From Reclinomonas americana ATCC 50394 (lineage: Eukaryota), in contig PS015186.1 in the NCBI GenBank assembly GCA_048213135.1, forward strand, positions 57,354 to 77,353: a stretch of 20,000 nt of DNA. Direction: 5' to 3'. A model generated the notes under the pieces. It made no database searches and was not told the DNA's origin. It saw only the letters and a list, made by a program, of their open reading frames with translations. Made by a program: the position numbers and the translations under genes. Of this stretch, positions 1-10,640 are shown in pieces; positions within the stretch are counted from its first letter, which is position 1, and every line of letters begins with the position of its first letter.

Positions 1-139
1 GTGTCGCTTGCAGCTCGTCTTGAAAATTGCATTGCACCCTGTGACACTCTGTCGCACGCTCTACCTTGCCGTGATTTCTTTCCTTTGGATCGTCGTCGTC
101 GGTCTCTTGTCTGTCTCCTCACTCTATAATTGCGCGCAG

Positions 140-1021
140 AAAATTGTCGAGGCCTCGGACGAGCGGAGACCTCAGTTGCGTCAGTCTCTCTTTCACTCTT
201 TTTTCATTCCTTTTTCTCTCTTTCTTTTTCTCCCTCTCCTTCTCCCTCTCCCTCCCTCTCCCTTTTTCCCGTCTCACCCTCCCTGCGATGCACTCACTCT
301 TTTTCTCTCCTTCCAGATCGGCGCCGGTTGGTCGGCGGCGAGCGCATTCCGTTCAACGACCTGGTCGTCGCCAGCAACAGGTCATGCCACCAGACCTGCT
401 GCGCTTCCGCCACATTCTGCCGGCAATCGCCAAGGAAGATGTGCCATTAATGCTCAAGATGAAATCGTTGCGCCGCCGCATCCCAGGCGTTTCCGAGTGG
501 TGGGTGCCCCGTGTCTCACAAAGCTTCGCGCAGAAGCACCGATTTGTCGCGCACGTACATTTGGCGAGCGGTATGGGCGAGTCGACGAGGTATGTGATGT
601 TGTTTGTGTCACGCCCACCAGCGCTCCAGTGGTTCACACGGATGCGCGCCAGATTTCTTGACGCAGGGACGACAATATCGTATCGATCTGGCGCAGTGGG
701 AGCGTGAGCGAGCGACGCTGGCCAGCTTGGGTCCGGTAGCACTCGCTCGATGCACCGCGCCACCAAAGCCACCAGTGCGTCGCACCCTGTTGACTGCCGA
801 GCAACTATTAGAGTTGTGGGAGGTGAGGGTCGACTCGCAGTGTACACATGCATGCATCGCGGATTCCTCACTCTTTCCTGATGCAGCTGTCGTGCGTCCT
901 GTATGGCATCCGTGCACTTGGCGCCAGCATGCCACCATCGTCACCACCACCCTCCAAGTCGCCGTCGGCCGCACACTCACGTCGAACGAGTTCCATCAGC
1001 ACCAGTCAGTCGAGCAAGTGA
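140..1021 (+). CDS. Gene A: 3' part of an uncharacterised protein, paralogue of genes B and C. Proposed exons 140-174, 317-570, 653-822, 887-1021; 5' end lies upstream of the window
   Basis: GT..AG introns with pyrimidine tracts join KIVEASDERRPQSAP...VSEWWVPRVSQSF...HVHLAS-DFLTQGRQYRIDLAQWERE...PPKPPVRRTLLTAEQLLELWE|LSCVLYGIRALG...SK*. Third codon positions are GC-rich in this frame and the C-terminal module aligns with B and C. The 570/653 junction is uncertain (alternative intron 590-629). Confidence 0.75.
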
Positions 1022-1059
1022 AATTACTTCTCGTTACACTCTTCCCCTGAGCCGCTTTA

Positions 1060-4000
1060 CTACGTTTCACTTGCTGATGTTTGTTTCGAGCGTTTGCAAA
1101 TGGGGGCCGGCTGCAGTTGTATGCCCATGTCGTCGTCGACCACTGCCGGCAGGCTGCGCACACTTGATGATGACGACAGTCGGCTGGCGGTCGGTGACAT
1201 GGGACGTGAGAGGCCATGACCGCTCGCAGTCTGCGGCCGACTCCCCGAACGTGACGATGGTGTGAGTGCGCGGGAGGTGGCGGAGGTTGGTCTCCGCGCT
1301 GATGAAACACGGCTGGTGGCGCTGCTGCTGCTGCTGCCGCCGTCAGCGTTGGCGGTGCGCGAGTGTGCTCCTCCTCGTGCGGAACTGTTGCTTCGCGACT
1401 GCCGCAGCATCACGAGCAGCATGCGGTCGGCGTCCACCCCCAACTCCGCAGCTGCGTTGCACAGGGCGCTGAACATGCATCCCTGTCGGTGCGCGAGTGT
1501 GAGTATCAGCATGAACGTCTGTGTAGTTGTTGTGCGTCGCAACCATACCTGGAACATGGCGTGCAACTCGTCCTGTTTCAGCAAGCTGCGGACAATGGGC
1601 GCGCGTGGTCGGTTCTCGTCGATCCACGGCTGCACCATGGCTCTGGTGTTGGCCTGCATCTCCGCATCCGTCACCGCACCACCGCCACCCATCAGCAGCT
1701 GCAGTGACATGGACTGCGACCATCGCACCTGTGGAGTTGGGAGAAGGATTCTTGTCAACGACTGCGCCCACACATGAACAGAGCAGTGCCAGGCAACTCA
1801 CCGCGCAATCGCGTTCAAACGCGTCATGCGCCGCCAGGTACTGCCTCCGTGCTTCGGTGTGCTGCCGGCGTAGTCGACGAACAGCCTCACGCAACTGAAA
1901 GCGCACGTCGTCGCCGTCGAGTGCAGCGGAAATGTACGGCCGTAGAACATCAAGCGGCGACCGTGTGCCCGCCGCAAAACTGCCCCCGGTCACCGACGAG
2001 CTCACCGGTGCGGCGTAGCTGCCACGCGGCGAGTAGGCTTCTGAGTATGCTGTGGAAGGGCGACTGTTGTCTGCTGCTGCTGTTGTCGCCGACAATGGTC
2101 GCCGACCATTGACTGTCACGGTAAGCAGGAGTCGATGGCTGCTGCCGCTGGGACTGTCGGTGGAGCCTGCGGGTGGTGTCAGCGGCCGTCTGCTCGAGAA
2201 TCGCGTCGACTCAGAGCCGCCATCAGTGTCGCGATCGGGAGACGACATGATCCGCTGCAGTGCCACCAGCTGTCGGTGCGTCTCCGTCTCCGAGTGAATC
2301 ATCCGCACAAACTGCTTTGCACTGTAGGCGTTCCACTGCCGAGTGAGCAGCGACAGGCGTTCGCGTTGGCACAAGACAAAGTCCACAATCACGTCGGTGG
2401 CTCGGTGAACTGCGTCGTGTGGTGGTGGTGAGAGGTGGGGAAAACGGCAGGCGTTGAACCTTCATGACGAAGTATAGACGACGCAACTGTGCATGACGCA
2501 GAGGTGTACGCGATGTCGCAGGCGGTTGAACGACGCAAAGATCTCCAGTGACTCGTAGATGCGAGCAATGGCCAGACGACGGCGGTGAATACGCCGCCCG
2601 ATAGAGAAGCGGAGAAGGTTGCCGAAACTGTAGTTGGTGAGTGGTGTGAGGTGGAGCAACAAAAGGAGAAGGGCCATGCATTCAAACAAACAAACCGACA
2701 CAACACACTGGCGAGACGGCGGCGTTTCTTGTGCATGTAGAATCGCCACATTGGCACCACCATGGTGTTGAAGGTGCGCATGGCACGTTGACAGGCTTCC
2801 ACTTGATCACGCAAGTTGCGCGAGGCCTGCCGATCGCAAGTGCAAGTGATGAGCTAAATTGTCGACGTCGTGACACCAGTAGAAGAAGCAATGCACGCAA
2901 CTGCTAAACAGTACCGCATCAGCTGCGATGTGAGCAGAGGAATGAGTGAGTTTTTTTCCTGCGTGCGTCATTTTGAGCACAGCAGTGGCACAGACCTCGA
3001 AGCGTGAGGCCAAAAAGACGAAGGCAAGCCACTTTTGCTGCTGCTTGCGCAAGCGTGGCAACTCCACCAGCATAAAGTCTCGTCGACGGTCAGCCTGTGA
3101 AGACGAGAGTGTGAATGGTGACTACAACTGCTTTGGTGCGTTGCCCTGCAGATCGAACTCGCTCACCTGCTCGCCCTTCACCGCGAGCTCCTCTCGCAGC
3201 TGCTCTGCTGCAATGTGCTTCTCCACGGCATCGTGCTGCCGATGCTCAGCGGCACTCTCGATACGTGAGCGGAGTGTTTCGTTCTGCAGAGAACAACAGG
3301 CGGTCAGTGGTGACACAAAGGGAGCATGCAGATTCATCGCTACACACCCTCCGACGAATCTCTTCCTCCACCTGCTCCCGCGACAGCTTGAATGCCTGCT
3401 CCCTGTTCTGCTTCACCAGGTTCACTTTCGGTACAGGTTTCGCTTCTTGACGCTCCTCCAGCGTGGCCTCTGTGTGGCACGACACGGATTGACTACTCGG
3501 AAACGCATTCGTCACCAAACAAGAAGCAATCGCAACTCACCCACACGCATCTCCAGTGCAGCTCTGGCCGCAGCATCGTCCTGCAACGCAAACAACTTTT
3601 CCTGTAATCTGCTCCACGCAGAGATGCGTCGCCTCTGACCCGCCTCATCCTCCTCCCCCTCCTCCTCTTCGACAAGCATCGAATCGGTGCGGGAATTCGG
3701 TGATGACACTCCCCACGGTTTGTACGTCTGCAGCAGTGCCATCCTGGCCGGTGATCCCGCCATGCTCAGTGCCGCAGTCTCCGACTGTTGAGTCACTGTG
3801 TATGTGTGTGTGAGCAGCAGCTGAGCAATCAGAAGAGAGTCCCACTGTGGCGCCTCGTGACGCAACTCTCGACGTGATGCTGATGCAATATGGTTCCAAT
3901 GTCACGCGTCAGATCGCTCCACGCCCTCTCGTGATGCGACGGCCCTTGCGCTTCGTCACGGTGCTGTTGTTGATGGTGGTGATGATGATGGTGATGCTGC

Positions 4001-4752
4001 GCCGCTGGTGATGCTGTTGGTGACGGAGGCGATGCCACCATGGTCGGTCTCCGATTGACCTTGAAGAGTGGACTGGCGGAGAATGGAGACACTGGCGGTG
4101 CCGACGACGGTCGCACAGGCGTCGACGACTTGGGCGACGATGACATGTCCAGAGAGGTCTTCCTTGACGGTCCCGCTGCAGCAACAGCGCCGCCTGCTCC
4201 CGACCCGACAGCCGCAGATGCGACGGCCGCGTTCTTGTCCTTTTTCTTCGAGCGCTTCTTCGGCGACATGGTGCGCACGGATTCGTGCGCACGCGTCAGC
4301 AGTGGTGACGATGGCCGCGTGGCCACGAGTTGCCTCGGTCGCGGAGCCGAGGCCGGTCGTACCAGGCTGCGAACGCCGGTCGGTGAACTGCTAGTCACCT
4401 TTGGCGAGTCAGCATCGGCGGTGCCCTCCGCTGCTTCTGCTGCTGCGGCTGCTGCTGCAGCGGCGATTGCGGCTCGTTGTATTTTCCGCGTCAGCTGCAC
4501 GTCGATCATTTGCGGCGACAGCTGCAGCGGAGCGCTGCCCGTGGCGTGGCGCAACCGAGTGGCTCGCAGACGCCATCCGTCAGCCGCGCCAATGTCGCTC
4601 GAAATCACCTGTCAGTGAGCGAGAGAGAGAGGCGGTAGTCGACACGGTCAATCATCTCTTTCGAGAAAAGGGAGTGAGGAGGAGTGGCGAACCGACTGCC
4701 GCCTCCGCTTGCCCGGACTGGCATAGAGGGTGGCCAGTGGACTCTTCAACAT
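1060..4752 (-). CDS. Gene B: ~991 aa uncharacterised coiled-coil / IQ-like basic helical protein. Exons 4752-4693, 4608-3867, 3795-3541, 3469-3348, 3283-3167, 3094-2897, 2826-2696, 2627-2488, 2409-1802, 1728-1549, 1482-1060
   Basis: Ten short (about 64-84 nt) GT..AG introns with consistent phases give an open 2976-nt CDS starting MLKSPLATLYASPGKRRRQS. The core (QQQKWLAFVFLASRF, VIVDFVLCQRERLSLLTRQW, LRPYI, RPRAPIVRSLLKQDELHAMF) aligns with gene C. The junctions at 3866 and 2896 have alternative donors. Confidence 0.85.
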
Positions 4753-4913
4753 TCCCGCGCGTCACGGGCGTTGAGTGCGTTTCTCGAGCGGGTTCTCGGA
4801 CAATGTCTGGTCATGTCATTGACACGTCAGCGCGCGCGTCTCGCGTGTCATTTTCCTCGCTTGAGTCGTTTACTACATACGTAGGCGGCGAGTGAGCGCG
4901 GTTCTGCTTTTAG
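4753..4913. promoter_or_regulatory. Putative bidirectional promoter between genes B and C
   Basis: 161 bp between divergent ATGs, with a central inverted repeat TGACACG(4820-4826)-N17-CGTGTCA(4844-4850). Confidence 0.55.
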
Positions 4914-7900
4914 ATGATCAAACGACCGCACTCGGCGGCCACTACTGTGTCGTTCAAGACACGACCGGTGCCGCTCGACATGGACGTGTCGGTTTGTGTG
5001 TGTGTCTTCGTGTGCTCCGGACACAGTGTCACCTTATCCCATCCCGTGTTGTGCGCAGCGTGTGTCAGAAGGCACCGAGGCAGTTTCCAGTGCGTCTACA
5101 GCTGTGGGCGGCGACCGGTACGCCAGTTTCCGTCGCGGGAGTGTCGATGTCGATCGACTAGTACACTATGCTGTGGCCGCCGCGCCGCTGCTGGAGTTCG
5201 AAATCAACAGCCAGGCACGATCACACGCCGAGTGGCAGCTGGAGATCGACGCCGCGCAGCAGTTGCTGGAGGAGCGACGACGCAGCGGGTTGTCGGGTCG
5301 ACCGCGCCAGCGCCGTGGTTCCACACCCGCTGTCGACGCACAGACCAGTGCAATGTCGCCCAAGTCGTGGGCGTCGGGGCAGTCCACTGACACACCGGCC
5401 AGCAGCACGCTGGTGGTCGGCAGCCCGGTGGTCTCCAGCAAGAGCGCGCGCACTGTCAGCGCATCGCCCGTGTCGCGCGTACTCACGCGCCCCTCATCGG
5501 CCATTGGCCTCGTGCGGCAGTCGGTGATGGTGCCGTCGCCCACTCACCGTAGCCACGTCACGCAGTCGCCAGCGACACCGGCGCCGAGTTCGCCGAGTGG
5601 CACACGACTCGACTTTGCCGCCGCCGCCTCTTCTCCAGAGCCGGCGCAGGCGCCTGTGAATGGTGGCATCAGCGCCGCCAAGACCCTAGTCATGCGCATG
5701 CGGCAGGCCGCCGGCCTCGGCAAGAGCTTCGACGCACCATTGACCGCCACAGACACACCGCCGTCTGCCGCCTCCTCCCAGCAGCAACAGCAGCAGCGCT
5801 TCAAGGTACTCGCCGGCAATCAGCGCACGGCGGCGGCGCTGATTCGCAGCGGCTCAACACGCCTGCACCACAGCGGACACCGACTGCCCGCCGGCCAGTT
5901 CCAGCAGGAGCTGGTGGGCATGTTGGAGATGACTGCCGAGTGCATGTCCGACTATTGCAAGGAGCGCAAGCCGGCGGTCACCACCACCACCACCACCACC
6001 ACCACTGTCAGTGCAGCAGGTCACGGCGGCGACTCTTCTCCAACTGCGGCCGCCACCACGCCGTCGCAGACGCAGTCAGCAGTCGCCGCAGCAGCGAGCG
6101 AACACCATCGGCAGGCTCGTCCACGGGCGCATTCGGCGGACACATCGCAGCGGCGATACCAGTGTGCGCCGATGCAGAAAAAGGTGGACGACCGCATGCA
6201 GGAGCTGATGACGATTCCCACAGTGAGGGAGGAGTTGCTCAAGCAAGTCGGTGAGAAAGGGGGAGGGAATGGGGACGGGATAAGGAAGGAGGAGGATGTT
6301 CGCAAGAGAAGTCGGTGGCGTAGGGCGCGAGGAGCAGAGTGTGGGGTGCGAGACATGGCAGGAGTGTTGGATATGCTTCGCAACGTGTGGCCATCTGATA
6401 GAAGGGATCGCACGGCCGCGAAAGACAAGGGGAGAACAGAGAGTGGAGACAGTTGCAAAACTGCTGGAGACAGAAAGTGGAGCTGGTTGCAGAGAACGGA
6501 GTGCGGAGTGCTTTGATTGCAGAAAAACAACTCAGAAGTGTGGGGTATTGCACTTCCGCATGAGGCAGCAGTAGAAGGGAGCGCACGGCAGCAAGTAATT
6601 AGTTGCCTCTGTTGGTTGTCGACAGCGTTCGAGGAAAACAATGCAGAAGACAGGTCGCACGCGTGAGAACAGTTGGTGAGGTGCATGCGCCAGTTCAAGG
6701 CCGTACCAGCAGTGTTGGATCTTGAGCGGATACAAGCAGGTGGCATTGATTCGGGAGAACAGAGCGTGGAGACAGTTGTTGGGGTGAATGTGACTGCATA
6801 GTTGATCGTTGAGAGGAGCGCGTGGCTCTGAAAAGGTGGCGATGAGGGCTGCAAAAGTCAGCAGACGACAAGTCATCATATGTACAGACCATCGACTGTT
6901 GCACCAGCTGTGCTCTTATGAAGCACTGTTGTTCTCCGCTGACTCTCTTGTGGTCCCTCTCAGAACTCTTGGAGGCCGAGAAGAACAGAGAGGAAGCTGA
7001 GCGACGTCGCTGGATCCAGCAGGGTGTGGCTGCTCGAGCCGAGATTGTTGCCAAGCGCACGCCAGAGGTGGTGGCGCGCACCATTCAGCAGCGAGTTCGT
7101 TTGATGCTGGTTCTCTCGCCTTCCCGTCGCCCCGACTCACCCTCTCTGCTCACCACAGGCGGCATTAGAGACGGAGCGCATGCGCGTGGCACTGGAGCGA
7201 CGCGAGGCCAGCAAGCAGGTCGACAAGTTGGAGCGCGAACAGCTGCGCAACGACATCAGTCAGCGGCTGCAGAAGGCAGAGGAGCGCAAGGTGGAGATCA
7301 AGCTGCACCGCGAGCTGCAGGTGCGCCAGACACGCTGGTGCATCATGGTGCAGTGGTCGTGGCGACTGGGAGCGCTGTCGCACGCACTTACGCAGCATCG
7401 CATCTTCATGGCGTTCAAGCGCAAGTACGAGCGACAGGCACTGGTGTTGCAGCGGTTGTTTCTGCCAATCTGTCGTCTGCACTGGTATCGCTACCAGATC
7501 CGCCTCTGCCGCCTGCTGGGACCCGTCGTATTTCGCTACTGTGTCGAACGGCGCATCCGACCCAAGCGCAAGGCGACTCTCCTCATCCGGCATGCCCTCA
7601 TGCAACTGCGCACGATCGGCGCATTCAAGGCCGCTGTGCACATTACCATTCGCAAGTGTTGCGTGGGCGGTCGGGTCTGTATTTTCACCGCCTTCTCCTC
7701 CTCCTCACCTTCCACCACAGACCGAGTGGCGCAGCCGTACTTTCGCGACTTTGTGCTCATCACGCAAGCACGGCGACTGTTGCTGCGAATGCAGTTCGAG
7801 TCGTACATGCGTAAGCAGATGGAGCTCAAGATACGGCAGGAGAATCTGGCGTTGGCGGCAAAGGATGCGCAGGAGCATGTGGCGCAGGAGCAGGACGGGA

Positions 7901-10536
7901 GGGGGGCGTCGATGGCGGGGTGCGTGGAGGAAGGGGAGGGGAAGGGGAAGGGAGGGGGAGGGGGAAGGGGAAGGGGAAGGGGAAGGGGATGGGGAAGGGA
8001 AAGGGGAAGGGGAAGGGGAAGGGGAAGCGGAGGAGGAGGAGGAGGAGGAGAAGGAAAGGGAAGGATGAGGAATAGGAGGAGGAGAAGGAGGAGAAGGAGG
8101 AGGATGAGGAGGAGGAGAAGGGGGGAGGGGAAGAAGAAGAAGAAGAAAAAGGAGGAGGAGGAGAACAAGAGGAATAAGAAAAAAGAAGAAGAAGAAGAAG
8201 AAAGAAGGAGGGAGAGTTGTGTGTATGAAAATGCAGCAAATGACAGGGCGAGGGAGGGAAGAGAGAACATGGGGAAGCGGGAAAGCAGAAGAAAGAAGGG
8301 GAAGAGGAAGAAGTCAACAACAAGTATAACAGGAAGGAGGCGGAGAAGGGAGGAAAAAGTAGAAGTAGAAGAAAATAAGCAGACGAAAGAACACAAAGAA
8401 AGTCGTGGAGAAAGGACAAGGAGAAGAGCAGGAAGGGGAAAACAAGGCAACAACAAAAAAGCACAGAGAAGTAGGGACAAGAAACAAGAGACAGTGACTT
8501 GAGGAGAATACTTATTAGAAAGAAGACGAAAGAGCGTGGCAGAAAGAAGTGAGAAAGAAAGAGAAAAGAAGACAACAACAAGAACGCGGAGAAGAAGGGA
8601 CAAGAAACAAGAAACAAGACATAAAGTGACTTGAGAAGAATACAGAAAGAAGACGAAGACACTTGACAAAAAGAAGAAAGAGAGAAAGAGAAGAGAATGA
8701 TACAACAACAAGAAGGAGACAAGAGACTTGAGAAGCAACTGGATGTGAAGAATACAAAGAGAAAAGAAGACGAACTGAGTGGAGAAAGAAGACGAAGACG
8801 TATGGCAGAAAGAAATGAGAGAGAAAGAGAAGTGAATAAAACAACAAGAACACGGAGAAGAAGAGAGACAAGAAACAAGAGACAGAGACTTGAGAAGAAT
8901 ACCGAGAAGAAGAAAGGAGAAAGAAGACGAAGACATGTGACAGAAAGAAGGAAGAGCGAAAAAGGGAGAATGAGGAGAAGAAGTAAGATAACGTTGCAGG
9001 TGGGGAATGTGATTATCTGCAGTTTTGCACTTCTCATTATCTCTCGTTCCCTCTTCCCCTCACCCTCCAGTCGCGGCTCTCACCCGGACCTCGCCGGCTC
9101 GCATGCCACCGGCTTCATGAACCGCGGACGCCGCGGTGCTGTCACGCTGGAGATGGCCGGTCACTCGGTGAGCTCGTCGTCGGAGGTGAACCGCGCGCTC
9201 AAGTTGCAGTGGTGGACCGAGCTGAGACCGTACATTGTCAACCTGTCGTTGCGTCAGTCAGTCAGTTTTCGAGAACACACCGCCTGGGGTCCAAACTCCA
9301 CTCACCTCGCGCGCGCACGCAGTCAAAACGTGATTGAGCTGCTGTGGAAGGTCAACGTACGCAACCGCGGCGAGTACATGGAAGCGAGGGAGCACTTCAA
9401 AAAGGAGCACGGCGCCTGGGACATGCGCTTCCGCATGGCGCGCGACACGGCCATCAGTCGCTACATTCTCAAGTCGGGCATGCGCAACCTGTACATTGAT
9501 CCGCACAATGTCGACTTGCTGCCGGACATGGTGCGGCGTGAGGTGCTGCCGGTGTTGGAGGAGGAGCCGCGGCCGCCAAAGCGGACGGTGCTGCTGCGCG
9601 ACGACGATATGCTACGCATCTTCAATGTGGCGGTGCTGGATGGTGTGCAGCGGTTTGCGGCGGAGCGGCGACTGCGGCCGTCGGTGGTGGCTCGCAAGTT
9701 GGCGTCGGATGTGGGGGATGAGAGGAGGCTTGCCGAGGAGATTAAGAGGAGGTGAGCGGAGAGGGGAGAGAAGGGGAAGGGATTGAGAAGGGGAAGGGAT
9801 AGAGAAAGAGAGAAAGAGAGGGAGAGAGAAGAGAGAGAGAGAGAGGAGAGACGAAACAGAGACTGAAATTTGTCGAAACTGAAGACAAGCAAGTGAGAAA
9901 GGACGACGGTGAAGGAGAGAGAGGGACAAGAAAAAGGGACAGACCGGGATGAGGACACTAGTGTGGAGGAGGAAGCACTGGGAAAAAGCGCAGGTGCGGA
10001 TATTTAGAAGAGCGTGAGAAGCGGAAAAGATACAGAAAAGCGAGGCGAGAGTTGAGTGTTGAGGAGTGCAACGAGAGATGTGTGCTGAATAAAGGCAGAG
10101 GAGAGACGGTGGGAAACCGAGATGTGATAGCCAACACAGGATATACAACAGAGTGAAGAAGGGGAGAGAAGAGAGATGAGGACTGTGACGAGAGGTGCAT
10201 AGAGGGAAACACAGGAGATAAGACGGTGGGAGAAAGAGAGAGGAGACATCAGCAGAGGACGGCGAGGGGAGATGAGATGTGGATGGAGGCAAGGCAAGCC
10301 GAGAAGAGAAGTAATTAGCACAAGAGCAGACTGAAAATGTCACTTCCCTCACTGCCTCCCGCACATGCAGGTTAATGGACGAGAGGGCAAGCGCCAATGC
10401 GCTGCGCGGGGTGCGAGTTGCTACAAGCAGCAGCAGCGACTCACTGCCGTTGGTGGCCGACGACGATGACGAGAGCCTCACTGGTGGCGGCGGAGACGGC
10501 TCAAGCGGAACGCTGGTGATAACAATGGCGAGGTGA
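4914..10536 (+). CDS. Gene C: ~959 aa uncharacterised coiled-coil / IQ-like basic helical protein. Exons 4914-4991, 5059-6250, 6964-7094, 7159-7657, 7721-7919, 9071-9256, 9323-9751, 10371-10536
   Basis: Phase-consistent GT..AG junctions give an open 2880-nt CDS, MIKRPHSAATT...RQTRWCIMVQWSWRL...YFRDFVLITQARRLLLRMQF...WWTELRPYI...EPRPPKRTVLLRDDDMLRIF...ITMAR*. It is homologous to gene B. The start could instead be the ATG at 4980. Confidence 0.85.
7921..8990 (+). repeat. Polypurine low-complexity intron interior: (GGGGAA)n, (GGA)n, (GAA)n and degenerate ~100-160 bp repeats
   Basis: Almost pure A/G sequence. The block GACAAGAAACAAGA..GACTTGAG recurs near 8496, 8628, 8725 and 8887. Confidence 0.9.
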
Positions 10537-10640
10537 AGCAAAAGTGAAAAAACAATAACAATGACGAGACATGTTATGTGCTACCAAGTGGTGTCATTTC
10601 TAAAGCTGAACATCACACACGTGTGCGCTCGCGGCAAGTC

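Noticed and set aside
8-661. 217-aa ORF with an apparently hydrophobic membrane N-terminus
   Set aside because: The hydrophobicity derives from pyrimidine-rich introns. Codon bias and paralogue similarity favour the other frame for 317-570.
1262-4895. Multiple plus-strand ORFs overlapping gene B
   Set aside because: They are antisense shadows typical of GC-rich coding DNA, with no independent splice or protein signal.
7536-9037. Long minus-strand ORFs (466 and 403 aa, rich in Leu/Phe/Ser) and the Arg/Gly/Lys tail of ORF 7180..8502
   Set aside because: These translate a polypurine intron that lacks stops by composition. The real exon ends at the donor at 7920.
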